Positions 27,735 through 36,953 of a DNA stretch of 64,000 nt are shown piece by piece; within the stretch, counting starts at the first letter, position 1; every line of letters starts with the position of its first letter. A model generated the notes under the pieces. It was given only the letters and a program-made list of their open reading frames with translations. It was not told the origin of the DNA and ran no database searches. Location: IMG/VR virus record IMGVR_UViG_3300018430_000002, one strand, 5' to 3'. Both the position numbers and the translations under genes were made by a program. Origin of the DNA: a virus. Taxonomy: Duplodnaviria > Heunggongvirae > Uroviricota > Caudoviricetes.

Positions 27735-28587
27735 GGTAAATTATCTACTATACTTCAGGTAAATGGGTAATAAGTGATAATTTTACTGATAGAGATTTGA
27801 TATTCCCCTGATAGTCAGGGGGTGAGTAAGAAAGTTGGCTATTTAGAAAAGATTCCCCGCCGATACGGATCTAGAGAAGGAGATTACGTTTTTGAAAGAT
27901 AAGAGTATTGATGCCGAGTTATATGCTTATCTACAATTCCTTTCTTATCCTATTGACGGGGCTACTGTCGTGAAAAAGAGAAATATGCCGTCGCAGGCTG
28001 AAATATGTTAGAAAATTGGAATTAAAAGTCCAAAGACATATAGGTCTCATTTGGCTATATTGATTGATAAGGGTTATGTTATTGAACGAGATGATGTTTA
28101 TATATTGCCGGAAGTGGAAGATATTTATTTATTGCTGCCTTTGCCGACATTATAGTTTATCTTGGATACAGTAACGGACCCTGTTATCAAGATGTATATT
28201 TATTTAGGCTAGAGATGGAAGTATAAGCCTGGGTATATTTTCACTTAGGAAGAAGTAGCAGAGCATATAGGAATAAAGTTGGATGGTAATGCAGTCGCTC
28301 GGCGAATGATAAAGCATGGTTTGATAGCGCTATAGAACCATGGTTTGATTGCATTTGAATAGTTCTTTGATGGAAAAAGTCCACGGTATCGGCTACTGGG
28401 GTGGTCAGATGCTTATGTGGCTAGGGAGGCCGTACCTGGGGTAGTGGTTTGAAAAAATGATTTCAAAACGGCGGACCCGGGAGGGTCCACCGAAATTTGA
28501 TTTCAAAATCTCAATGGGTAATTTTATCTACATACTAGGTGATGTTAGGTAAAATTTCTACCATACTTTAGGTAAAATTTCTACCAA
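27735..28587. repeat. iteron-like direct repeats GGTAAwTTwTCTACyAtACT (4 copies: 27735, 28511, 28545, 28567) flanking the recoded wHTH gene
   Basis: Two perfect 17-mers AGGTAAAATTTCTACCA sit in tandem. Also nearby: palindrome CCCCTGAtagTCAGGGG (27808-27825) and a 16-bp perfect stem with UUCG loop (28655-28690). Confidence 0.5.
27892..28452 (+). CDS. winged-helix DNA-binding protein with six in-frame TAG codons (Rep/initiator-like, flanked by iterons)
   Basis: Hand translation from TTG after RBS GAAGGAGA: ...PSQAEIC(TAG)KIGIKSPKTYRSHLAILIDKGYVIERDDVYILP... and a second unit EEVAEHIGIKLDGNAVARRMIKHGLIAL. Ends at TGA 28450. Confidence 0.45.
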
Positions 28588-28687
28588 TATCTAAATAAAC
28601 TAAGGGCTAACGAAATCCCTTCGGGCTTTCTTTATCCCTTACTAAATAAGGGGAAACGGTTCCCCTTCGGGGAACCGTTTCCCTAGG

Positions 28688-29176
28688 GTGAAAGGAATAA
28701 TAGGTATGATTGAATTGATGTATGGAAGCCAGATTGAAGCAGAATTGTTGGGAACTGTCAAAAAGATGCCTTGTTATTTGGTGAGCAGAAAGGATTTTAC
28801 TGAGTATTATGAGAAAGAGCATTTAAAAGATGCCGAAGGCATCTATTTCTGTCATGATACTAGTAATGGATTAAGAGCCCTTATTTATAAAGGTCAGGTA
28901 GTTGGCACAGTGAATGCTCGTAGCGGCAATATTACTTGGTATGATAAGCCGAAGAGTTGGGAAATGGTTTATAAGCCAGTAGAATTGCCGAAGAATAAGG
29001 TTGGGGTTATGACGGCAGAAAATTCTGTATTTTGTATCGAAACTAAAATGCCGCAACCTTATAAAGGGGACGGAGGCATCGCCGATGTCCACTATATTGA
29101 TAGTATTATGAATAAGTTATTAGCTGAAGGCGAGGCCTTTAGGGCGAGCCTTCAGAAAGGAGATAGCAATGGCTAA
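28688..29176 (+). CDS. hypothetical protein (GTG start; alternative ATG at 28706)
   Basis: ORF track 162 aa. No TAG. Confidence 0.5.
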   Translation: MKGIIGMIELMYGSQIEAELLGTVKKMPCYLVSRKDFTEYYEKEHLKDAEGIYFCHDTSNGLRALIYKGQVVGTVNARSGNITWYDKPKSWEMVYKPVELPKNKVGVMTAENSVFCIETKMPQPYKGDGGIADVHYIDSIMNKLLAEGEAFRASLQKGDSNG

Positions 29177-29474
29177 TATGTGTATTGGTACTTATAAAGG
29201 GCATTATATTTATAAGTACACAGTTGAAGAGTTTAAAGCTTTAGCGAAGAGAGAGCGCAATAAGGTTTATTTAGTTAATGGATATATGGTATTGAATGAT
29301 GTGGTTGTCGGCAAATTCTCAGGATATACCATCAGTCCGGCAGAGGCTGGGGCAAATATTTATGATTTGTTTGGCGTGGAACGACCAGTAATGCCAAAGC
29401 CACGCAAGAAGCGTAACGTTGCGGTTCCTGCGGAACCACGGGAGGAGCCTGTTACTGATACTCTTGTTGAATAA
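29169..29474 (+). CDS. hypothetical protein
   Basis: ORF track 101 aa. Bidirectional terminator at 29481-29512. Confidence 0.5.
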   Translation: MANMCIGTYKGHYIYKYTVEEFKALAKRERNKVYLVNGYMVLNDVVVGKFSGYTISPAEAGANIYDLFGVERPVMPKPRKKRNVAVPAEPREEPVTDTLVE

Positions 29475-29480
29475 TAAAAA

Positions 29481-29512
29481 GGAGAGACCTTGATTGGTCT
29501 CTCCTTTTTTCT
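29481..29512. terminator. bidirectional terminator between convergent genes 29169..29474(+) and 29605..30186(-)
   Basis: GGAGAGACC-ttgatt-GGTCTCTCC, flanked by A-run and T-run. Confidence 0.55.
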
Positions 29513-29604
29513 TTTTGGAGGAAATAGGGGAAATTGTGGAGGTGTCCTGGCCTCCGGCCACCTAGGTCAATTCTTCTCTTGACCCGTGTGCGTGACCGTC
29601 AGCA

Positions 29605-30186
29605 TCAAAGAGATTTTACGAAATTCTTAAGAATCTCATCAGGGGATAGAGTCTGTTTCACAGGAACTACTTTTACTCTGCTCTTGCTAGCAGCAGGTGA
29701 GGAAATGCCGAACAAACTGGAAAGCAGTCCGCCAATATTTGTATCGCCCTTCTCAATCTTCTCTGCGAGTTCAAGAACCTGTACTGCCATAGTAGCCATC
29801 ATGTCAACGGTTTCGGCGTCAAGCAGGTGATTCAAACCTTCCTGGTCCAAGCCCTGATTCTCTTGATTGATGTACTCACGAATGAGCCATGCCACGTCGC
29901 TCGCTTCCAATCCGTGTGCTAAGGTCTTGTTAGCAATTTCCGTAATGTAATGAGCACGTGCGGTTTCCGCTTCACGCTTAGCCTTTTTCTCGGCTTCTGC
30001 GGCCAAACGGGCTTCCTCTTCAGCCTTAAGGCGATTAACATGCTCCTGCTCACGCAACTTAGCGACGAATTCGTCTACACTCATGCCGCCTTCAGACACA
30101 GCGGCAAGAATCTTATTCATATCCATACGCGTATTGGTCTCCTTTATAAAATTTTCAAGGTTCAAGAAGGAGGGTCCTTCCCTCAT
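29605..30186 (-). CDS. coiled-coil hypothetical protein
   Basis: ORF track 193 aa. Class I-like promoter at 30185-30230. Confidence 0.5.
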   Translation of the reverse strand: MREGPSFLNLENFIKETNTRMDMNKILAAVSEGGMSVDEFVAKLREQEHVNRLKAEEEARLAAEAEKKAKREAETARAHYITEIANKTLAHGLEASDVAWLIREYINQENQGLDQEGLNHLLDAETVDMMATMAVQVLELAEKIEKGDTNIGGLLSSLFGISSPAASKSRVKVVPVKQTLSPDEILKNFVKSL

Positions 30187-30482
30187 CTTCTGTATATATT
30201 ATATCAAAATTTTTTAGAAAAGTCAACAGAGGGAGCGCTGAAGCGCCTCCCTCTGAGCTTTTTTTAAATATTATATCATAATATTTAAAATTTGTCAAGG
30301 CGGGGCTCCCGCATTCGCGGTAGGCGGGGCCATATGGATAGGCCCAGGGTTTCGGGATTCAAGGTAAAAGGGGCCATATGGTTGCATTCAAGAGAAAATT
30401 TTGCATATAGGGTTGTGGAGCGGAAAACCGGCCGCGCGCGGCCGGGCAAAAATGCAGGATTGAGAAGTCAATCCTGCAAATT

Positions 30483-30695
30483 TCAATCCCCAAACTTAAG
30501 GTGAGTTCCAAAAAGCAGAGTCAAAATGCAACCAATGCCGAAGCAAGGCCACCACATAGGCGAAACGGCAAGCACACCGACTTGAGCCAGAATCCACCAG
30601 ATACCCCACAAGCCCGCGCCATACAAAGCGCCAACCAGAGCGATACCAAAAGCCATGAGAAACAGAGCAATCAGGAAAGCGAAAATAATGTCCAT
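30483..30695 (-). CDS. small membrane protein (2 TM)
   Basis: ORF track 70 aa, hydrophobic. Confidence 0.45.
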   Translation of the reverse strand: MDIIFAFLIALFLMAFGIALVGALYGAGLWGIWWILAQVGVLAVSPMWWPCFGIGCILTLLFGTHLKFGD

Positions 30696-30721
30696 GAAAA
30701 ATCCTCCTTGTGTTTCGTGCC

Positions 30722-31174
30722 TCAGCCCCTGTTAAGGGTGCTGAGGACTTCGGTGATGTGTTCGGGGCAGAACGCCATGCCTGCGAACTTGTCCCATGCG
30801 TTTCGGTTCTTCTCTTCATCATCGAACAGGAAGCCAGAGCCGCAAACCTCATGCTTCGGGGTTCCATAGGGTACGATGTGAATTTCGTCCCAGGTCACGC
30901 TCGGCAGGTGCTTTGCCAGCCATGCGACCTTCGCTTCAGCGATTCGGCGGTCGTATTCTTCGGTGCTGACCTTCGAACACCAAGAGATGATGCCGATGCC
31001 GTAACCATGACGCTGAACGGCGTTGAGCTGTCGTGCCAGAGTGCTCATGCGGAGCATCGGTGCGGCTAGTTCGTAAGGGGTGGTCTGTTCTGCTCGGAGT
31101 GCTTCAAGCCATCCTTCTACTGCGTACAGGTCTGCGATAGTGCCATCCATGTCGAACCAAATCATCATCTTCAT
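30722..31174 (-). CDS. HAD-family 5'(3')-deoxyribonucleotidase-like phosphatase
   Basis: ORF track 150 aa. N-terminal FDMDGTIADLY motif I. Confidence 0.55.
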   Translation of the reverse strand: MKMMIWFDMDGTIADLYAVEGWLEALRAEQTTPYELAAPMLRMSTLARQLNAVQRHGYGIGIISWCSKVSTEEYDRRIAEAKVAWLAKHLPSVTWDEIHIVPYGTPKHEVCGSGFLFDDEEKNRNAWDKFAGMAFCPEHITEVLSTLNRG

Positions 31175-31247
31175 AAGTTTTAGTCTCCTTTGTTTTTCTT
31201 GTATTTATTATACCATTCTTTTTATCGTTTGTCAAGTTAAGGATTTG

Positions 31248-31451
31248 TTAAAGAATGTCAACACCCTGCCAGTCGGTAATGGTAAAATTGTAAAGGTCGG
31301 GATGTTTGTCGAGGAACTTGTGCATTGCTTCTTCCTTGTTTACGGCAAGCACATAGATTTTGTCGGTGTAGGTCCAGTGGGGATACGTTTCACGCTCACG
31401 CAGAACAGAGAACTCATACAGGGTCTTTTCGTGTGCCATCATCATCTTCAT
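31248..31451 (-). CDS. hypothetical protein
   Basis: ORF track 67 aa. Class II promoter at 31460-31510. Confidence 0.45.
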   Translation of the reverse strand: MKMMMAHEKTLYEFSVLRERETYPHWTYTDKIYVLAVNKEEAMHKFLDKHPDLYNFTITDWQGVDIL

Positions 31452-31523
31452 TGTTATTACCTCCTCTTGATGTATCCATTATACCACAGGGTCAGGGGTT
31501 TGTCAACCCCTTTTGCCCTGCTT

Positions 31524-31664
31524 TTTAGAATTTTTTTTCTGTTCGTCTCGGCACATCTGGACGAATGCCAGAACCATACCCACGCCCAAGAGAATCAAGA
31601 ACTTCGGAGCGAATGCGCCCCACACAAAACCAGCCATCATCAGTACTACAGAAATCATTGCCAT
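31524..31664 (-). CDS. small single-TM protein (47 aa)
   Basis: Hand translation MAMISVVLMMAGFVWGAFAPKFLILLGVGMVLAFVQMCRDEQKKNSK. The 31525..31734 track ORF, in another frame, looks spurious. Confidence 0.3.
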
Positions 31665-31897
31665 TTGTTTCAGCCCCTTTCGTTGATACTATTATAACAC
31701 TTTCGGGAACGCAAAGCAACGACATCAAAAGCACGAAAATGCGACAAAATTATGCAAATCTCCAAAAAATCGCAAAAACCGCTCGTGGCGACCAGGCACG
31801 AGCGGCCAAATCAATAAAAATTGTTAAATTTTCGTGAAAATTGTTAATTTTTCTTCATTTTTCTATGTAAAATCCTCGTAAAATGTGTGTAAAATAA

Positions 31898-31926
31898 AAA
31901 AAGCCGGATTTTCCGGCTTTTTTCTT
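31898..31926. terminator. bidirectional intrinsic terminator
   Basis: A7-GCCGGA-tttt-CCGGC-T6. Confidence 0.5.
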
Positions 31927-32381
31927 TACTTGGCCGCCTTCGGCGGGCGGTGCAGGGTCAACTGCACCGTGTAGTAGTTCCCGCCGATGTGGAAATCGAC
32001 CTTCTGTTCGGGGTTCGTGACCTCGACCTGTTCGGCGTTGGCTTCAAGCATTGCCCTCAGCCATTCAATGACCATGCGCTTTTCCTCGTTGGGCTTGCGC
32101 GGCGCGCGCTTCTTGGCGGCTCCGTCCATGGAGTAGTTCGCAGGCTTTTTCTTGGCCTTGACCTTTTCGGCTCCGCTTGCCTTGGCCTTGGCGGTCAGTT
32201 CCTCGACCTGCTGGGCGGCATCTTCGGTGTCCTCGATGAAGGTCGCTTCGGCGAAGTCCCTGGGGTAGCCCTGCGCCATGTAGTCGTTGATGATTGCCAT
32301 TGCATCCTGCTTGGCTTCGGATTCGGTCACGCCCATCTGCTTGGCGTACGCCTTGACTGCTTCGTTAAGATTCACAAGCAT
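31926..32381 (-). CDS. hypothetical protein, C-terminus paralogous to 42335..42721
   Basis: ORF track 151 aa. KPNEEKRMVIEWL...VDFHIGGNYYTVQLTLHRPPKAAK versus KPNEDKRLIIDCL...IDFHLNGVHYSVTLTAHRPPKGKA. Confidence 0.5.
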   Translation of the reverse strand: MLVNLNEAVKAYAKQMGVTESEAKQDAMAIINDYMAQGYPRDFAEATFIEDTEDAAQQVEELTAKAKASGAEKVKAKKKPANYSMDGAAKKRAPRKPNEEKRMVIEWLRAMLEANAEQVEVTNPEQKVDFHIGGNYYTVQLTLHRPPKAAK

Positions 32382-32845
32382 CAGCTCCTTTCGACACTAT
32401 AAGTATAGCACTTTTTGGTCGGGTTGTCAACACATTCACAGAGATTTAACATTCCCATCAAGTGCATCGGGCCATCGTAAATCGGGATCTGTTCGGGCAG
32501 GCGGTTGAAGGTGAAACGGTCGGTCGGCACCCACGTTACGCCGGGCATCTTGCGGAGTTCGCTTCGGGTCATGTCCTCAACCTGATATTCGCCGACCTGA
32601 TTATCAAACTCCAGCAGAGCCAGCACTCGGATGCTCTTGTAATTGTTCTGATAGTCGGGCTTCTTCAGTCGCTTCCACAAGTCATTTGCCGTGCCGATCT
32701 TCAGGTAGTTGCGGCCTTCCCAGTCGCGGAGCATGAACACGTAAAACCAGCTATGTTCCTTGGGGATTCGGGGAAAATCAAAGTCGAAGGGTTCAGAGGA
32801 GCCATTCCATGCGGTCACTACGTTGCAGGTGAAGTTCTTAGCCAT
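32381..32845 (-). CDS. GIY-YIG-like nuclease domain protein
   Basis: ORF track 154 aa. YVFMLRDWEGRNYLKIGTANDLWKRLK resembles the GIY-YIG motif. Confidence 0.4.
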   Translation of the reverse strand: MAKNFTCNVVTAWNGSSEPFDFDFPRIPKEHSWFYVFMLRDWEGRNYLKIGTANDLWKRLKKPDYQNNYKSIRVLALLEFDNQVGEYQVEDMTRSELRKMPGVTWVPTDRFTFNRLPEQIPIYDGPMHLMGMLNLCECVDNPTKKCYTYSVERS

Positions 32846-32942
32846 TTTGTCGAGTTCCTTTCGTTTCGTTCAATAACATTATACAGCAGGTCGGGCAGGA
32901 AGTCAAGTTAAGTGTTTGTTAATCCCCCTGAGGGGGCGGCGC

Positions 32943-33362
32943 TTACTGCGCCGCCTTGAAATACGCCTTGCGCTTTTCCTCAGTTCGGATTACAGCCCCA
33001 TCAAGCATGGAGCGGAGCAGGCTTGCAACCTTCTGGCTGGACTTGAACTTCTTCATCAGTTCAGGACAGGCTTCCATGAGTTCGGAAACCGTTACAGCCT
33101 TGCCAACGCTTCGAAGTGCTTCCAGCACTTCCTCTGCATCAGCCTTGGCAGAAACCTGCTTGGCGGTCGGCTTCTTCGGAGCCTGAGCCTTCTTGTCAAG
33201 CTGTTCGATCATCTTGGTGAGCTTTTCCACGATGTCGTCAGCGGAGTAGGTCGTGGTAGTCTTAGTGCCATCCTTGGCGGTGGTCACATGATCGAAGGTG
33301 AAGTCGGGGGACAGAGCTTCGATAGCAGCGGACAGAGCGATACGATTGGTGATGTTAGTCAT
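32943..33362 (-). CDS. hypothetical protein (duplicate copy A)
   Basis: ORF track 139 aa. About 60 percent identical to 34048..34452 over the C-terminal 90 aa. Confidence 0.5.
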   Translation of the reverse strand: MTNITNRIALSAAIEALSPDFTFDHVTTAKDGTKTTTTYSADDIVEKLTKMIEQLDKKAQAPKKPTAKQVSAKADAEEVLEALRSVGKAVTVSELMEACPELMKKFKSSQKVASLLRSMLDGAVIRTEEKRKAYFKAAQ

Positions 33363-33552
33363 GGTGTTTCCTTTCTCTCGTGGGTTTGGTAGGGTTTTCC
33401 TTCCCTTGATGTATTCATTATACCACCGAAGTGGTAGAATGTCAAGTTAAGAGTTTGTTAACTCGGCTCGGGGCTTCCGAAGTGCTTGCCCCTCTTGATG
33501 TATCCATTATAGCACAGTGTGCGGTGGATGTCAAGTTAAGAGTTTGTTAAGT

Positions 33553-33694
33553 GAGGGAAGTGGGATTCGAACCCACGGTTCCGATTCTGCTGGCGTCTTA
33601 ACCTACTGGACTACCCGATCTAACCAGAGGGGGATGGGACTCGAACCCATGGTTCCAGACAGAGGGCGTCTTTACCAACTGGACTATTCCCTCA
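33553..33694 (-). ncRNA. tandem pair of tRNA-like elements with intact D- and T-arms but non-canonical anticodon arms; outer ends GAGGGAA/TTCCCTC are 7/7 complementary
   Basis: Two units TAGTCCAGT(T/A)GGT(A/T)AAGACGCC ... GGGTTCGA(G/A)TCCCA(T/C). The 17-18 nt between D and T stems do not form an anticodon stem. Confidence 0.4.
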
Positions 33695-34047
33695 CCGACA
33701 TCTATAGTATAGCATACTCGGGCACAGATTGCAATAGGGTTTACAGACTCTTAACAATGAATATTTATACAGGTTTCGGGAATATTTATACACGATGCAT
33801 GATTATACATTTTGATGTATAATTATGCATAGACCCCTGGTATCGCGAACTCCGGTCGTGGCGGATGCTAATGCGCCCGGCCACGACCGGCCAAAACAAC
33901 AGCCCCAGGCGAACACAGGCGCTTGGGGCTGTATATTTATTCAATCTATATTCATCAATCACAGGGCGTCAGCCCGTGGGGTCTTTGTTTCTATTCATGC
34001 AGGATCATTCCCCTTTCGGTTACACCTGGGTTACCCCAGGGCGGTCA

Positions 34048-34452
34048 TCAGACCGCCTTGAAGTAAGCCTTGCGCTTCTCTTCGGTGCGGACGACCTTGC
34101 CGTCCAGCATAGAGCGCAGGAGGGAAGCGACCTTCTGGCTCGACTTAAACTTGGTCATCAGCTCGGGCACAGCTTCCATCAGTTCACTGACGGTCACTGC
34201 CTTGCCGACAGACTTGAGGGCTTCGTAGACCTCTTCGGCTTCGCCGACTGCGGCAAGCTGCTTCGCAGTGGGCTTCTTGGGGGCGGCAGCCTTCTTGTCA
34301 AGCTGCTCGACCATGGCGGTCAGCTTGGCGACTACCTCTGCGGCAGAGTAGGTGAGGGAATCCTCGCCTGCGGTCAGGGTGAAGGATTCAGCGGACTTGG
34401 ACAGGACTTCGATAGCGGTGGACAGAGCAACACGATTAGTCATCTTCAGCAT
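34048..34452 (-). CDS. hypothetical protein (duplicate copy B)
   Basis: ORF track 134 aa. Paralog of 32943..33362. Confidence 0.5.
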   Translation of the reverse strand: MLKMTNRVALSTAIEVLSKSAESFTLTAGEDSLTYSAAEVVAKLTAMVEQLDKKAAAPKKPTAKQLAAVGEAEEVYEALKSVGKAVTVSELMEAVPELMTKFKSSQKVASLLRSMLDGKVVRTEEKRKAYFKAV

Positions 34453-34770
34453 AGTATCATACCTTTCTGGTTTGTGAGGTTTTCCTTCCTCTTTATGTAC
34501 TCATTATACCACATTCCGTGGGGAGTGTCAAGTTAAGGGTTTGTTAATTCGCTTCGCTGGCTCGGAACCGACCATGGTGTGTTGGCCACCCACACCGCAA
34601 GCCCGCTCGGCTCAGCGTCTTGTGTTCCCCTCTTGACACTCTTATTATACCACAGAGTGTAGTGGGTGTCAAGTTAAGGTTTGGTTAACTCGGCGATCCC
34701 CTAGGTGATCGTCGGGAGTGCCTTGCCCTCCTGACATTTATAATTATAGCAGGTTTCGGGCAGAAATACA

Positions 34771-34890
34771 AGTCGGTAAAATCACCAAATTTTCAGCCAA
34801 TTTTTTGTGCATCCTGCTCCTCGCGGAAACTCGGCTCGCGCGCGAGCACACGCGCCCGAGCGCGAGCCGCTAAAAAAAGAGGGCTTGCGC
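34771..34890. repeat. intergenic ~110-bp repeat family (copies at 34771-34890, 36541-36676, 38481-38625): AT-rich UP-like segment + CCTGCT..TGnGAAAnaCCGCT + GC-rich hairpin + terminator
   Basis: Alignable blocks ttttgtatatcctgctgcgttgtgaaataccgctcg / tttgtataccctgctctattgcgaaacaccgctgg / ttttgtgcatcctgctcctcgcggaaactcggctcg. Confidence 0.4.
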
Positions 34891-34895
34891 CCTCT

Positions 34896-35156
34896 TTATT
34901 CCTCCATGGTGTCGATGTCGCTCAGCATCTTCTGAATCAGCTGGACACGAGCATCCTTCGGCATCGTTTTGTATTTGTCTGCGATACGCTCATAGCTCAG
35001 AGGTTCGGTCATGTAGGGCTTCAACACCAAGCCATCACCATCGACATACATTTCCAGTGCATCACCTTCGCGCAGGTTGAGATTTCTACGGATTTCCTTC
35101 GGGATTACAATGCGGCCAAGTTCATCAAGGCGTCTTACGATTCCAGTTGCTCTCAT
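34896..35156 (-). CDS. AbrB/MazE/SpoVT-family transcriptional regulator
   Basis: ORF track 86 aa. N-terminal GIVRRLDELGRIVIPKEIRRNLNLREGDALE swapped-hairpin motif. Terminator at 34862-34890. Confidence 0.6.
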   Translation of the reverse strand: MRATGIVRRLDELGRIVIPKEIRRNLNLREGDALEMYVDGDGLVLKPYMTEPLSYERIADKYKTMPKDARVQLIQKMLSDIDTMEE

Positions 35157-35185
35157 AATGTTTTATTTCCTTTCCTTTTGATGTA

Positions 35186-35232
35186 TTTATTATACCATGA
35201 AAGGGCTTGATTGTCAAGCCCTTTCTTTGTTA
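35186..35232 (-). promoter_or_regulatory. class II promoter, representative copy: TTGACA embedded in a gene-specific palindrome, TGnTATAAT -10, upstream GTTAACAAAC/TTAAC motif
   Basis: About 25 copies in front of nearly every small minus-strand gene between 31200 and 43310. Spacer often contains TCCCGAAACC. Confidence 0.55.
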
Positions 35233-35236
35233 AGTT

Positions 35237-35704
35237 TTAGAGCAGGTTTTCAAGGTAGGCATTCAGGGCATCAAAATCTACCTTGTAGTAATTGCGCTTG
35301 GCTTCAATGGTAGCCAGTCGGTCGGGCAGGAAGTTCACGCTGCGGTTGCGGTAGTCCTCATTGCGAAAGTCGAAGCACTTCATCAGCGGGCCAGAAAACA
35401 GGACTTCGTCGGTCTTGTAGCGGTCTACGACTTCGCCCCATTCTACATTGACTTCCTTGGGGAAGGTTTCTACCCTTGCGATTACCACGAAACCATCTTC
35501 ACGCAGGTTCTGGAGCGAATAGGGCTTGAACTCAACATCCAGCCAGCGGAAACTGTGGGAAGTACCTGCGGCGACAGCATTGGCAAGTGCTTCGGCTCGG
35601 CGTGCGTCCTCAAACTGCTGGGTGGTGAACTCGACGGGCAGGGAAGCGAACAGGTTGCGAGTGGCGTTGATGCGAGCGATGTTGATGTTGGTCATCTTCT
35701 TCAT
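35237..35704 (-). CDS. hypothetical protein
   Basis: ORF track 155 aa. Class II promoter at 35715-35770. Confidence 0.5.
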   Translation of the reverse strand: MKKMTNINIARINATRNLFASLPVEFTTQQFEDARRAEALANAVAAGTSHSFRWLDVEFKPYSLQNLREDGFVVIARVETFPKEVNVEWGEVVDRYKTDEVLFSGPLMKCFDFRNEDYRNRSVNFLPDRLATIEAKRNYYKVDFDALNAYLENLL

Positions 35705-35802
35705 GGTGTTTTTCCTTTCTCTCTTGGGTTTGTTCAGTGTTGTCCTTCACTTGATGTATTTATTATAACATGGTTGGTCGGGTTTGTCAAGTTAAGGATT
35801 TG

Positions 35803-36027
35803 TTAAATCCTTAACTTGCTCGGGTCAATTTCCACGACTTCATCGGTACAAAGTACCGAAACCTTGCGCAGATAAAACGGGACGTAAATCGGCAGTTTAG
35901 CATACCACTTGTGGCAATTCTTCGACCATTCACGCCCGAGATACCAACGACCGAAAAGGTGAATGGGGTTGTATCCATGTTCCCGCAGACGCTCGATGCG
36001 GTACTCATCGCTAATTGCTCTTGACAT
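35803..36027 (-). CDS. hypothetical protein
   Basis: ORF track 74 aa. Confidence 0.4.
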   Translation of the reverse strand: MSRAISDEYRIERLREHGYNPIHLFGRWYLGREWSKNCHKWYAKLPIYVPFYLRKVSVLCTDEVVEIDPSKLRI

Positions 36028-36029
36028 GT

Positions 36030-36230
36030 TTACTTCTCCTTTACATAGTAGTTAATGTAGGCCGTCCAGCCTGCACCGATGGTCTTGCCTTCGACTCTGC
36101 CCTCATCAATGAGTTCGTGAACGTATTCCAGACAGGACACATGCCAGCAGTTACAGTAGTGACCGATGTCGCGGAGACGGATGCCATGCTTGCCAGACTT
36201 CTTGATTGCTTCGAAAACCTTTTCTTTCAT
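36030..36230 (-). CDS. small putative DNA-binding protein
   Basis: Track ORF trimmed to MKEKVFEAIKKSGKHGIRLRDI, downstream of the -10 at about 36252. Confidence 0.35.
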   Translation of the reverse strand: MKEKVFEAIKKSGKHGIRLRDIGHYCNCWHVSCLEYVHELIDEGRVEGKTIGAGWTAYINYYVKEK

Positions 36231-36307
36231 GTTGTTTCCCTCTCTTTCTGAATCTATTATACCATCTTGGAGGGGTTTTGTCAACCCCTCCGCAGGTTAA
36301 CTGTTTG

Positions 36308-36490
36308 TTAACCCCAGATGGTGTCCTCGCTCTTGCGAGTCTGGCATACGCCAAGGTAGATGTTGTTGTCGTCTTCCATGTAGGTGACGGTGGGGCCATC
36401 CCATTCAAAAGTGGCCTTCATGCGACGGGCGAGGCTCTTGCCTTCTTCGGTGTTGGGAATGGTGTAAACGGTGGTCTCAGTAAACTTCAT
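36308..36490 (-). CDS. hypothetical protein
   Basis: ORF track 60 aa. Confidence 0.35.
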   Translation of the reverse strand: MKFTETTVYTIPNTEEGKSLARRMKATFEWDGPTVTYMEDDNNIYLGVCQTRKSEDTIWG

Positions 36491-36673
36491 GGTGTTGTCC
36501 TCCTCTTGTTGATGTATACATTATAACAGGTTTCGGGATATTTGTCAAGAGGCAAAAATGCACAAAATGCAGAAAATTTTTTTGTATATCCTGCTGCGTT
36601 GTGAAATACCGCTCGTTGCGGATGCTGAGGCGTCGGCAACGCGCGGACGGAAAAAAAGAGCCTTTCGGCTCTT

Positions 36674-36874
36674 TTACTTCAAGAGGTTGGAGCAATCGAT
36701 TTCACAGGTGGTATTTGCCCATACCAGGGTTTTGCCGCAAATCGGGCAGGTGGTATAGATTGATCCCTGAGAGGTTCGGTGCTCCTCGTTGTGAGTTGCA
36801 ATATATTCGGAAGTGCAGATCGGGCAGGTGTACTTGTAGCCATGCAGGCGTCCATCTTTAATAATGATAATCAC
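36674..36874 (-). CDS. zinc-ribbon protein (CPIC...CPIC), GTG start
   Basis: Track ORF trimmed below the promoter. RBS GAGAGGAAAA. Confidence 0.4.
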   Translation of the reverse strand: MIIIIKDGRLHGYKYTCPICTSEYIATHNEEHRTSQGSIYTTCPICGKTLVWANTTCEIDCSNLLK

Positions 36875-36953
36875 AGTGTTTTCCTCTCTTTCATTTGATG
36901 TATTTATTATAGCATAGGTTCGGCGATTTGTCAAGGGGTTTCAGAAACTTTTT

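Noticed and set aside
28607-28822. Minus-strand 71-aa track ORF
   Set aside because: Lies across the iteron/hairpin region and the start of the plus-strand gene 28688..29176. No promoter or RBS.
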